From the IMG/VR virus record IMGVR_UViG_3300001255_000001, positions 1 through 64,000 of that record: a stretch of 64,000 bases of DNA; one strand, written 5' to 3'. A program made the position numbers and the translations under genes. How positions within the stretch are numbered: position 1 is the stretch's first letter; every line of letters begins with the position of its first letter. Shown here one piece after another: positions 1 through 7,869 of this stretch. The DNA comes from an uncultured virus (IMG/VR IMGVR_UViG_3300001255_000001) (lineage: Duplodnaviria; Heunggongvirae; Uroviricota; Caudoviricetes). Under the pieces are notes generated by a model. The model ran no database searches, was not told the origin of the DNA, and saw only the letters and a program-made list of their open reading frames with translations.

Positions 1-686
1 CTAACCTTGTCACAAAAAATGGAAAGCAAGCCGCAATTGCGAACACGTTCGGGCTCCCTGCAGGAAAGAATTATTCATGCCCTGGTGCCACTAGTATTTG
101 TGAGAGTGTTTGCTACGCAGGAAAACTCGAAAAGGTATTCCCAAGCGTTAAAGTAAATCTATTGCATAACTGGGAATTACTAAAAGACGCAGACGGTGAA
201 ACTATGGTGCGTCTACTTAATGAAATGATAATTGACTTCAAGGCTGATTGTGTAAAGAAAGACGCACCTATGCTATTCCGTATCCACTGGGACGGAGACT
301 TCTTCAATGATACTTATGCATATGCATGGAAAATAGTTATTGATAAGCATGAGGATGTTCAATTCTGGGTTTATACTCGTGTAAAGTCTGCGGCGCTTAT
401 TCTTAAGGATGTATCTAATCTATCGCTATACTATTCAACGGATGATGATAATAAAGAAATCGCATTCGACTTAAAAACTAATTCAAAAATCCGCCTTGCT
501 TATCTTGGTAAGACATTCGCTGCAACCGAAGACACAATGAAAGAATTGACTGGTAAGCCTGGTGCTAAGTGTCCTGAGAATATGAAGAGTATTCCACTTA
601 TCTCTAGCAATGGGTCCGCCTGCGTATCTTGTGGTCTATGCGTATATGGTAAAGCGGATATTAGATTTTCTGCGAGTAAAAAATAA
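1..686 (+). CDS. Gp88-like Cys-rich (radical-SAM-like) phage protein, 5' truncated by window edge
   Basis: Frame is open from base 3: FGLPAG..SCPGATSICESVCYAG, FRIHWDGDFF, FWVYTR and C-terminal CP..CVSCGLC motifs, as in the GP88 family. Confidence 0.7.
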   Translation, partial: NLVTKNGKQAAIANTFGLPAGKNYSCPGATSICESVCYAGKLEKVFPSVKVNLLHNWELLKDADGETMVRLLNEMIIDFKADCVKKDAPMLFRIHWDGDFFNDTYAYAWKIVIDKHEDVQFWVYTRVKSAALILKDVSNLSLYYSTDDDNKEIAFDLKTNSKIRLAYLGKTFAATEDTMKELTGKPGAKCPENMKSIPLISSNGSACVSCGLCVYGKADIRFSASKK

Positions 687-781
687 TGTATGAGGTTATT
701 GGTATGATTGGCGGATCTATGGTAATTCTTATATCGCTCCTGCCAATTTTATTAGCTGCATATGTAATATCTAAATTGTAA
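686..781 (+). CDS. 31-aa single-TM membrane peptide
   Basis: ATG overlaps the upstream TAA; MYEVIGMIGGSMVILISLLPILLAAYVISKL (own translation). Confidence 0.55.
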   Translation: MYEVIGMIGGSMVILISLLPILLAAYVISKL

Positions 782-824
782 CAGCGTGTCGGCTTGACAA
801 TGTCAAGCTGGCCCGCAATGTTGC

Positions 825-869
825 GGGGTTATCCACAGGTTTAAGGGGCTTATCCACAAGCCCCTGGAA
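825..869. promoter_or_regulatory. Tripartite motif GGG-N12-TTTAAG-N18-CTGGAA, copy 1, with two DnaA boxes (829-837, 850-858)
   Basis: Read directly; TTATCCACA occurs twice. Confidence 0.85.
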
Positions 870-872
870 TTA

Positions 873-888
873 TGTGAGATTTATCACA
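873..888. promoter_or_regulatory. CRP/GlxR-type box
   Basis: Perfect TGTGA-N6-TCACA. Confidence 0.7.
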
Positions 889-915
889 AGGCTCATGCGT
901 AAATAGATTAGGTAA

Positions 916-937
916 TGTCAGTGGGCTATGTTATAAT
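916..937 (+). promoter_or_regulatory. TGTCAG-N10-TATAAT promoter (further copies start at 1484, 1741, 2677, 3935, 4115, 6123, 7820)
   Basis: Eight copies with an identical 10-nt spacer, each upstream of an ATG. Confidence 0.85.
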
Positions 938-965
938 TCTCTTATCCAACAACGAAAGGCAATAA

Positions 966-1169
966 ATGAAAATAGAACACAACCTAAAGTTTGTAACTGA
1001 GTTTGCAGACGGACACCCAATAACTGCACGGGTAATGGCACTTGATGAGTCAATGCGTACTGAAATGCTTGAAGGTATGCTAAAGGATTTAGTAGGCTCT
1101 CGCTTGCAACCAATTCTTGATGAAATAAATGCCAATGGCTCATACGCAATTCTAAAGGTTGCTGAATAA
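966..1169 (+). CDS. hypothetical early protein
   Basis: ORF with promoter and CAACGAAAGG leader. Confidence 0.8.
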   Translation: MKIEHNLKFVTEFADGHPITARVMALDESMRTEMLEGMLKDLVGSRLQPILDEINANGSYAILKVAE

Positions 1170-1438
1170 TGGGAAGTGTAACAGCACTAGGTATTCAGGA
1201 CAGTGTGTTAGATTTAGAAACACAATTAGCCTATCACTTACAGGGTAATCACTATCCACCCGTTCCACTATCTATGGTACCAGTATGTATTCAGGCAATA
1301 GATTTTGCTTATGATGAAATGTGGGATGAAACTATTGAAATGCCTGATGGTATTTCTTATAAGGGTGAAACATGTGCGCCAGTATGGGCGATCATCGAGG
1401 CTCACCACTTACACTTTTGGCTACCTGAAAGTGACTAA
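1169..1438 (+). CDS. hypothetical early protein
   Basis: Coupled ORF; HLQGNHYPPVP and AHHLHFWL motifs. Confidence 0.8.
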   Translation: MGSVTALGIQDSVLDLETQLAYHLQGNHYPPVPLSMVPVCIQAIDFAYDEMWDETIEMPDGISYKGETCAPVWAIIEAHHLHFWLPESD

Positions 1439-1533
1439 GGTCACACAATAACTTTCTCAAATAATGAGATGGGGGTTGATAAATGTCAGCCCCCAATGCT
1501 ACAATACTACCCTACAAAGAAAAGAGGCAATAA

Positions 1534-1716
1534 ATGACAATACAAGATAAGTTGTATCAGGTTGGAGATTTATTCACTACCCTAAAGTCAAAAAAGACGG
1601 GCGTGATTAAAGAAATCCACCCACAAGCATCTGGCTCGGTGCGTGTGCTACTAGAAATGCCAACAAAGGAAACTCGCTGGACAACAGTATCAGCAAGCAC
1701 CCTAGCAGGTAATTAG
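1534..1716 (+). CDS. hypothetical small beta-rich (SH3-like) protein
   Basis: Own promoter and RBS; YQVGD...TGVIKEI pattern. Confidence 0.75.
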   Translation: MTIQDKLYQVGDLFTTLKSKKTGVIKEIHPQASGSVRVLLEMPTKETRWTTVSASTLAGN

Positions 1717-1801
1717 CATAGGGCAGGGGGGTCGCAGAAATGTCAGACCCTCCTGCTATACTACTCTAACAAACAACCAACCAACGAAAGAGAGAAAATA
1801 A

Positions 1802-2224
1802 ATGGCACGACAGAAAGCAATTAGCGTAAAGATAGCAACACCAAAGGTAATCAAGGCACTAGAAACTCGCTTGACAAAGTTAAATGCCGATTACGCATCA
1901 CAAGAAGCCAACGAAGCAAAGCACGAAAAGGCTTTAGAAAAGTGGCGCAAAGAAGTAGGAAAGTTCGCTATGGCTAATTTTGCTAAGGCAGAAAACTTCC
2001 GCACAAACTATCGCTCATGGAATAAGACACTTAATGTTGATTTCGATTTAACAGTTAATGAGTCAGACTTTCCTAAAGAGCCTGAGAAGGACTACGAAGT
2101 TCTCCACCGCCACTCATACAATGAGATGAAAGAGGAATTGGAAAACGCAATTCGTATTCTAAAGATGACAGATGAGGAAACAGTAAGCACAAGCACTTAC
2201 AATGCTATTGCTCGTTATCTCTAA
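1802..2224 (+). CDS. hypothetical early protein (coiled-coil)
   Basis: Own promoter and CCAACGAAAG leader. Confidence 0.85.
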   Translation: MARQKAISVKIATPKVIKALETRLTKLNADYASQEANEAKHEKALEKWRKEVGKFAMANFAKAENFRTNYRSWNKTLNVDFDLTVNESDFPKEPEKDYEVLHRHSYNEMKEELENAIRILKMTDEETVSTSTYNAIARYL

Positions 2225-2233
2225 ATAATCCAA

Positions 2234-2260
2234 CGACCTGAGTATGTCGCCAAACTGCTC
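2234..2260 (+). ncRNA. H-type pseudoknot RNA element, copy 1
   Basis: CGAC/GTCG stem; loop CTGAGTAT can pair with downstream TGCTC. Confidence 0.7.
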
Positions 2261-2295
2261 TCCCTTTTGGGACAACTACTAACAAAGGTAATACA

Positions 2296-2523
2296 ATGCG
2301 GTTCAAGATAGAAATGTATGACGAAGTAAAACAAAACGACTTAACAATTTATTCTGATGAAGGCTATGACAATGAAAGCCTAAAGGAATTAGTTTTCTCA
2401 AACTTAAAAAGATTTGACGGAAATGTTAAGGCTTTTGTTTATGATCAAAAAAATAAAAAGAAAACATCAGCAGCGTTCTTTCCAATGGAAACAGTAAACT
2501 ATGTAAAGTCCTTATCTAAGTGA
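2296..2523 (+). CDS. hypothetical protein
   Basis: ORF with AAAGGT RBS. Confidence 0.75.
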   Translation: MRFKIEMYDEVKQNDLTIYSDEGYDNESLKELVFSNLKRFDGNVKAFVYDQKNKKKTSAAFFPMETVNYVKSLSK

Positions 2524-2528
2524 AAGGT

Positions 2529-2548
2529 GGGGCAGCTAATTCTGCCCC
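2529..2548 (+). terminator. GC-rich hairpin after stop codon
   Basis: GGGGCAG-N6-CTGCCCC; no T-run. Confidence 0.5.
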
Positions 2549-2575
2549 GCCCAAGCTTGGCCCGCAATAATGTGC

Positions 2576-2638
2576 GGGGTTTTCCACAGGTTTAAGAGGG
2601 CCTGTGGATAACGCCTGGAATTTGTGAGATTACTCACA
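2576..2638. promoter_or_regulatory. Tripartite motif copy 2 with DnaA boxes (2580-2588, 2603-2611 reversed), followed by a perfect CRP-type box (2623-2638)
   Basis: TTTTCCACA, TGTGGATAA and TGTGA-GATTAC-TCACA read directly. Confidence 0.85.
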
Positions 2639-2728
2639 TGGATCAATTCGGACATATTGTAACTAATCATAGACAATGTCAGTGGGGTCTGTTATACTTA
2701 CAACTAACTAAACGAAAGGTAAAAATAT

Positions 2729-3736
2729 ATGGCTCACAATCTCGAAACCGAAAACGGCGAAGTTGCTTTTGCATTGCGTGGCGCACCTGCATGGCATAAT
2801 CTTGCTAATCGTATCTTCACACAAGATGAAGATGTTACTACTCAAATGATGTTAGATGAGGCAAAACTATCTAACTGGAATGTTCGTCTATCTCCATTGA
2901 CCGACCACATCTCAGATACATGGAATGATGTATCTAATGCTCAATTAGTTATTCGTGACAACCCATTCAATAGCGGAACTGATGTTCTTGCTACTGTTGG
3001 TAAGCGTTACAAGCCTGTGCAAAATGAAGAATTGTTTGCATTCGCAGATGCAATTCATGATGCCAATGCTGATTGCCGTTGGGAATCTGCTGGCTCACTT
3101 CGTAGCGGTAAGGTTGTTTTTGGTACTGTGGATATTCCTCGCACAATGGTGCTTGACCCACAAGGTGCAAATGATGAAACCAAGTTGTATCTAATTGTTT
3201 GGACATCACATGACGGGTCTGTTGCGGTTCAGGCTGCAGTTACCCCTGTTCGTGTAGTTTGCCAAAACACATTGAATCTTGCAATGCGTAATGCTAAGCA
3301 ATCTTTCAAGATTCGTCACACGCAATCTGTTGAAGGTCGCATTCAAGTAGCCCGCGAAACTCTTGGGCTTGCTCTTGGATACTTTGATGAATTTGAGAAA
3401 GAGGCTCAGGCTCTTTATTCTCAATCAATTACTGATGCTGAATTCTCAAAGTTAATTCAGACAATTTATCCTAAGCCAGATAAAGATTCTGCTAAGGTTG
3501 CGCTAACTAAGTGGGAGAATAAGGTTGTCCTTCTTGACAATCTTTATCATAACTCACCAACTAACGCTAACATCAAGGGAACTAAGTGGGGTGCGTTCAA
3601 TGCACTAACTGAACGCCTTGACTATTATCGTTCAGGTCGCGGAAATTCTGAAACACTTATGGCTGGTGCATCAGGGTTTGACCCAATTCTTACCGCAGAA
3701 AAAAATAAAATTAAGAAATTAATTTCTGCGTTTTAA
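2729..3736 (+). CDS. DUF932 / phage-plasmid-like protein
   Basis: PAWH, YKPVQNEELF, ESAGSL, SHDGS, TPVRVVCQNTL, RHT and GTKWGAFNALTE motifs. Confidence 0.9.
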   Translation: MAHNLETENGEVAFALRGAPAWHNLANRIFTQDEDVTTQMMLDEAKLSNWNVRLSPLTDHISDTWNDVSNAQLVIRDNPFNSGTDVLATVGKRYKPVQNEELFAFADAIHDANADCRWESAGSLRSGKVVFGTVDIPRTMVLDPQGANDETKLYLIVWTSHDGSVAVQAAVTPVRVVCQNTLNLAMRNAKQSFKIRHTQSVEGRIQVARETLGLALGYFDEFEKEAQALYSQSITDAEFSKLIQTIYPKPDKDSAKVALTKWENKVVLLDNLYHNSPTNANIKGTKWGAFNALTERLDYYRSGRGNSETLMAGASGFDPILTAEKNKIKKLISAF

Positions 3737-3743
3737 TAAATAA

Positions 3744-3771
3744 ATTCCTGAGCATGAATAAAAACTGCTCA
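3744..3771 (+). ncRNA. H-type pseudoknot RNA element, copy 2
   Basis: ATTC/GAAT stem; loop CTGAGCAT can pair with TGCTCA. Confidence 0.7.
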
Positions 3772-3783
3772 CAATTTTTTCTA

Positions 3784-3857
3784 GGTCCATTAGCTCAGTT
3801 GGTTAGAGCGCTACCCTGTCACGGTAGAGGTCGACGGTTCAAGTCCGTTATGGATCG
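3784..3857 (+). tRNA. tRNA-Asp(GTC)
   Basis: Cloverleaf; anticodon arm CTACC-CTGTCAC-GGTAG; GGTTCAAGTCC T arm. Confidence 0.95.
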
Positions 3858-3877
3858 CAAATCGCCCGCAATATTTA

Positions 3878-3922
3878 GGGACAAAAAAGTGTGTTAAGTG
3901 TCACATAAAAAAATCCCTGGAA
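3878..3922. promoter_or_regulatory. Tripartite motif copy 3, overlapping a 1-mismatch CRP-type box (3890-3905)
   Basis: GGG-N12-GTTAAG-N18-CTGGAA. Confidence 0.8.
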
Positions 3923-3963
3923 TCTATAGACAAATGTCAGTGGGACCCTGTATAATTCTCTAC

Positions 3964-4581
3964 ATGACCAACGAACTAGTATCAAGCGTATATACATTTG
4001 TCTGTGACCCAGATGAATGCGATTCTTTAATTCAATTAACATCATCTGATGGATTTGGTTTTCCTTCAGGTGTGACAGAACTCACATGCCCTTGCGGACG
4101 TAAGACCACCTTATTGTCAGTCGAGCATGCTACAATTACACCAACAACAACGGAAGAGGTAAAAATGGAAACAACTACAGACAATCACTACATGACACGA
4201 GAATTCCTTGAGTCACAGTTAGTAGATAACAAAGCCCGCATTACACAGTTAGAAGAGCACATCCAGCGTATAACTCAGCGTGATTATGCAACTGCAGGAA
4301 CTCTAAGCAAATTGCGTGATGACATGAAGGTATTCACACTCGAAGGCCTTGATGACGAATCTCTTACAGAATTTCAAGCAGAAGAAATTGCTGGCATCTG
4401 TGGATTTGAACTAACAAATGAGTTTGAACTAGAAGTAACAGTTCTATATTCAATTACAGTTAATGCTCGTGATGAAGAGAGTGCACATAATCTAATTCAT
4501 GATATTGATTTTGACACCGTGTCTTATGACTCAGACGGTATTAGTTGGCTATCATCATCTGTAGATAGAATTGAGAACTAA
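3964..4581 (+). CDS. hypothetical protein with N-terminal Cys (Zn-ribbon-like) segment; leaderless start at 3964, in-frame internal start at 4165
   Basis: ATG 7 nt after TATAAT; a second promoter and RBS lie inside the ORF. Confidence 0.75.
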   Translation: MTNELVSSVYTFVCDPDECDSLIQLTSSDGFGFPSGVTELTCPCGRKTTLLSVEHATITPTTTEEVKMETTTDNHYMTREFLESQLVDNKARITQLEEHIQRITQRDYATAGTLSKLRDDMKVFTLEGLDDESLTEFQAEEIAGICGFELTNEFELEVTVLYSITVNARDEESAHNLIHDIDFDTVSYDSDGISWLSSSVDRIEN

Positions 4582-4901
4582 TGTTAAAAGAAGGAGAAAA
4601 CATTGTTTACCTTAAATTAAGAATTCAAAATGAAATAAAAGATTTAAGTTTAAATCATCCTGAATTATTAGAAGAGTATAAGCAAGATGCAATTAAATCT
4701 ATTTTTAATTCAGCTATCCTTAAAGAAACTTTGTCCGTTAAAGAGTTTAGGGATTTAGTGTCAACAGTACGACCTGATTTTTATGAGGGGTATACGATTG
4801 AAGATGCAGAAGCGGAATGGGAATCTATAAAAACAGGCATGATTATTGTTTCTCTTTTTGTTGTGATAGTTGGCGCTCTTATACTTAAGTGGGTGTTCTA
4901 A
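4581..4901 (+). CDS. hypothetical protein with C-terminal TM helix
   Basis: Coupled ORF; hydrophobic C-terminus. Confidence 0.7.
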   Translation: MLKEGENIVYLKLRIQNEIKDLSLNHPELLEEYKQDAIKSIFNSAILKETLSVKEFRDLVSTVRPDFYEGYTIEDAEAEWESIKTGMIIVSLFVVIVGALILKWVF

Positions 4902-5104
4902 TGTACTTTGAACTTACCGCTCCATCTCGTGTAGCCTTTGCGAGGGCCATTTGGGATGCAGAAATAACTGGACTAGACCCTGAAGCAATGAGTGCATTGA
5001 CATTCAACATAGGAACTGGTAGTATTGAGAAAGTAAGTAGGATTCGTGATAAGTATAACTTAATTGAATCTTATGTAAGCGACAGTAAAACTACAGGATA
5101 CTAG
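4901..5104 (+). CDS. hypothetical protein
   Basis: TAATG-coupled ORF. Confidence 0.7.
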   Translation: MYFELTAPSRVAFARAIWDAEITGLDPEAMSALTFNIGTGSIEKVSRIRDKYNLIESYVSDSKTTGY

Positions 5105-5112
5105 GAGATAAA

Positions 5113-5259
5113 ATGTCAGACTATAAAGATGGTTTTGAAGATGGGTACAAGTTTGCCCGTGAAGAAATTATAGAAAAACTATCAGAGATTGATATCGCAG
5201 ATATTGATACATGGATTCTTGATCGTCTATCTGACATGATAGAAGGCGGAACGCTATGA
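5113..5259 (+). CDS. 48-aa acidic protein
   Basis: AGGAG RBS; MSDYKDGFEDGYKFAREEII... (own translation). Confidence 0.7.
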   Translation: MSDYKDGFEDGYKFAREEIIEKLSEIDIADIDTWILDRLSDMIEGGTL

Positions 5260-5453
5260 ACGAATGGGTTGGGTGCGATAAGTGTAACTCAGTAGTACCT
5301 GCAATGTATTTAATTAAAATGGTTAGCGGAGAGCTTTCTTTCTGTGGACACCACTTTAATAAGTTCAAGCCTAGTCTTGACAAAATCGCTTACGAAGTGA
5401 TAGAATTAAACAAAAAGGAAGAAGTACCTCAACTAGTAGAAATGGCGGAATAA
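5256..5453 (+). CDS. small Zn-binding protein
   Basis: CDKC...FCGHH. Confidence 0.7.
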   Translation: MNEWVGCDKCNSVVPAMYLIKMVSGELSFCGHHFNKFKPSLDKIAYEVIELNKKEEVPQLVEMAE

Positions 5454-5454
5454 A

Positions 5455-5856
5455 ATGGGAGATAGAGCAAACTTCGGATTTAAACAATCCAATGGAGAAA
5501 CAATTGTGCTATACGGACACTGGGCTGGACATGGAATGTTAGAGCGCTTAGCAGATGCTGTTGAAGCAGCACGTTCTAGGTGGGGAGATGAATCATATGC
5601 TACCCGCATTGCGGTTTCGCATTTAGTTGGAGAACAATGGCAAGATACAACTGGATGGGGATTATCTGTTAATAACATCCTAGACAACGAGCACAAGATT
5701 CCTGTGATTGACTGGAATACACAAACGTTTTCACTGCACGAAGAGGCGCCTTGGTCCGAGTCGACAGAATATAAGGTCCGTGGAATGCAAGACGAGCCCA
5801 TATTCAAAATGACATTGGATTCATTTATTAATAAGTACTCAAGGGTTAATGCATAA
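5455..5856 (+). CDS. hypothetical phage protein
   Basis: MGDRANF..LYGHWAG..RWGDESYATRI. Confidence 0.8.
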   Translation: MGDRANFGFKQSNGETIVLYGHWAGHGMLERLADAVEAARSRWGDESYATRIAVSHLVGEQWQDTTGWGLSVNNILDNEHKIPVIDWNTQTFSLHEEAPWSESTEYKVRGMQDEPIFKMTLDSFINKYSRVNA

Positions 5857-5868
5857 TTAATCTAAGGG

Positions 5869-5992
5869 TGCCCCTATAGTCATTAATGGCCAGGGGTTAA
5901 ATAAAGCAGAGTTCTTTTACTTTCGTTGGTGAACCTCTAGCAGCCTATGTAAAACCCCAGTTATGGAATAAGCCCCTACAGCTGGGGTTTTT
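5869..5992 (+). ncRNA. candidate three-hairpin small RNA with loop antisense to early-gene leaders
   Basis: Hairpins at 5871-5896 and 5906-5941 (loop TTTTACTTTCGTTGGT); terminator at 5951-5992. Confidence 0.55.
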
Positions 5993-6013
5993 GCATGGCC
6001 CGCAAAAGACTAA

Positions 6014-6077
6014 GGGTAATATATTTCTTTTACGGTGTCAATATGAAATCGCCTGGAATTTTGTGATCTTGACCACA
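6014..6077. promoter_or_regulatory. Tripartite motif copy 4 plus 1-mismatch CRP-type box (6062-6077)
   Basis: GGG-N12-TTTACG-N18-CTGGAA; TGTGA-N6-CCACA. Confidence 0.8.
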
Positions 6078-6171
6078 TGCATACAAAATGTGGTGTGAAA
6101 CACACCCAAATAGTATTCCATTTGTCAGTGGTCCAATGTATAATTATCACATATCAACGAAAGGATATAAA

Positions 6172-6906
6172 ATGCCAAATTGGGTATTTAATGGATTAAC
6201 AATTGAAGGTAATCCTGAGCAAGTAAAATCTTTAATCAAGCAGATGAATAAGCCATTTGTTTATTCTATTACTGCATTAGGTGATTTATCATATGATGTC
6301 AAGCAGACTAAGTATATTAATCCTATCTTTGCTTTTCATAATATCTATAACTATAGAGATGCTGGTATTACTGATGAGGTATATCATGGACAGCCTCCTC
6401 GTTCCACCGATTTTTCTCAGGCAATGAAGTTTGAAACCAATGACTGGTACAACTTTAATGTGCGTGAGTGGGGAACCAAGTGGGATGTTGCTGTAGCAGA
6501 GGATAATAAGTATCCTGATACAACTATTGAAGAAGCAGAAAATGGCGAGAACTATGTAGTTCATTACAATTTTAATACTGCATGGTCACGACCTCTTGGC
6601 GCTATTGAAAAACTATCTGCACAATACCCAACACTACTCTTTACTTTATCATATGAGGAAGAGACAGGTTGGGGTGGAGAAATGGAATTCCTCCGTGGTG
6701 AAGTTATCTCAGAATCAGAATACGATAATATGTGCCGTGATTGTGATGCAACTGACCAAATGGAATACTGCGAGAATGACTGCGGTGAAATCTGTAGCAA
6801 CTGCAACTGGCTTGGCGAGGCAGACCTAGAGGCTGTCGCAATTTGTCAGACCCATAAGATATACTTAGACACTAAAGTACCCGAATATAGAAAGGCGGAA
6901 GCATAA
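6172..6906 (+). CDS. DUF1281/YubB ferredoxin-like domain protein with Cys-rich C-terminus
   Basis: MPNW..N.L.I.G, DWYNF...WGTKWD, FNTAWS.P and YEE motifs; start moved to the RBS-preceded ATG. Confidence 0.8.
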   Translation: MPNWVFNGLTIEGNPEQVKSLIKQMNKPFVYSITALGDLSYDVKQTKYINPIFAFHNIYNYRDAGITDEVYHGQPPRSTDFSQAMKFETNDWYNFNVREWGTKWDVAVAEDNKYPDTTIEEAENGENYVVHYNFNTAWSRPLGAIEKLSAQYPTLLFTLSYEEETGWGGEMEFLRGEVISESEYDNMCRDCDATDQMEYCENDCGEICSNCNWLGEADLEAVAICQTHKIYLDTKVPEYRKAEA

Positions 6907-7118
6907 TGGAAGCATTTACAGATACAGTAGGAGAACATATCCTTGGAGCAATTCAAGTAGATATTGAGCAACATCTCTTTGAACAATGGAACAGCAAAAA
7001 TTTAGATGAGGGTAGCGATTATGCTGAATATATGTTCATGCAATTTGCTCCTGATAGCCTAAAGCAATCATACAATGAGTATTATGGCTATATTGAGGGA
7101 GATGAGTTTCTATTATGA
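6906..7118 (+). CDS. small acidic protein
   Basis: Coupled ORF. Confidence 0.75.
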   Translation: MEAFTDTVGEHILGAIQVDIEQHLFEQWNSKNLDEGSDYAEYMFMQFAPDSLKQSYNEYYGYIEGDEFLL

Positions 7119-7261
7119 TTACATCACAAGAACTACTTGACTATATGTATGATGACAACTTAAGTCATTTTGACGACAGAGACACATCAGATGATTGTGA
7201 TTGTTATATTCACATAACACTTAATACTATGCTTAAATACATGGAGGCAATAGAATGTTAG
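7115..7261 (+). CDS. 48-aa acidic protein
   Basis: ATGA overlap; MITSQELLDYMYDDNLSHFDDRDTSDDCDC... (own translation). Confidence 0.65.
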   Translation: MITSQELLDYMYDDNLSHFDDRDTSDDCDCYIHITLNTMLKYMEAIEC

Positions 7262-7431
7262 GATATACTAAAACAGATATAGATGAAATGGGGAATGCTA
7301 TGCATGACGCCAAGCTTTTCTATATTCTTAAATCAGATATCGTTCGTGTTGATGAAGATCCAATTGTGGACGGGCTACTAAAAGCACAAGACTTTCTACA
7401 GGGCTTATGGGCAGAAGGGTACTTTGACTAA
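7255..7431 (+). CDS. 58-aa hypothetical protein
   Basis: GGAGG RBS; MLGYTKTDIDEM...LQGLWAEGYFD (own translation). Confidence 0.7.
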   Translation: MLGYTKTDIDEMGNAMHDAKLFYILKSDIVRVDEDPIVDGLLKAQDFLQGLWAEGYFD

Positions 7432-7667
7432 TGAAGTTTGGCGATGCTATGGTTCTTGCTCTACTTATTCAAATCCCGTTGATTCCCGTGGTTGCTTTTG
7501 TTGATTGGATTAATGCCCCTGATAAACCAGATAAAGTAGTTTGTTATTATCAGGGAGGGTTTGGACATTTTGATGACCCAACTGTACACAAATACACAAC
7601 AATTGGAAACTGTTCAATAACTCATAAACAAAGATACTTTCTGAAAAAGGAGATAATTAATGACTAA
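7431..7667 (+). CDS. small membrane-anchored protein
   Basis: Coupled ORF; N-terminal hydrophobic helix. Confidence 0.65.
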   Translation: MKFGDAMVLALLIQIPLIPVVAFVDWINAPDKPDKVVCYYQGGFGHFDDPTVHKYTTIGNCSITHKQRYFLKKEIIND

Positions 7668-7869
7668 GTCATCTTATTTCCTGGAGTATATGAAGTTACA
7701 TCTAATTAGTCTTAATCAAGATTGGGAAGATTCTAAAAATAGCGTACCTTTAAATGAAGATGAATATGACCCTTCAGATGATTACTATGTAGGAGCAACT
7801 GAGGCTGTTGAACATTTATTGTCAGTGGCTACTGATATAATGAATTCTTCTAACGAAAGGTATGAATAA
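7660..7869 (+). CDS. small acidic protein
   Basis: AAGGAG RBS. Confidence 0.7.
   Translation: MTKSSYFLEYMKLHLISLNQDWEDSKNSVPLNEDEYDPSDDYYVGATEAVEHLLSVATDIMNSSNERYE

Noticed and set aside
864..895. GGAAT of the tripartite element as a SigR/SigH promoter (GGAAT-N18-GTT) on the + strand
   Set aside because: No GTT at the required distance in the copies checked.
3784..3857. tRNA-Asp as a prophage attachment boundary
   Set aside because: Phage-type genes and the same promoter motifs continue on both sides; no integrase or duplicated tRNA 3' end was seen.
3898..3963. Track starts at 3898 and 6088
   Set aside because: These extensions run through promoter elements; better starts are 3964 and 6172.
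5915..5930. CTTTCGTTGG as the RBS of a - strand gene
   Set aside because: No start codon at SD distance and no ORF follows on the - strand.
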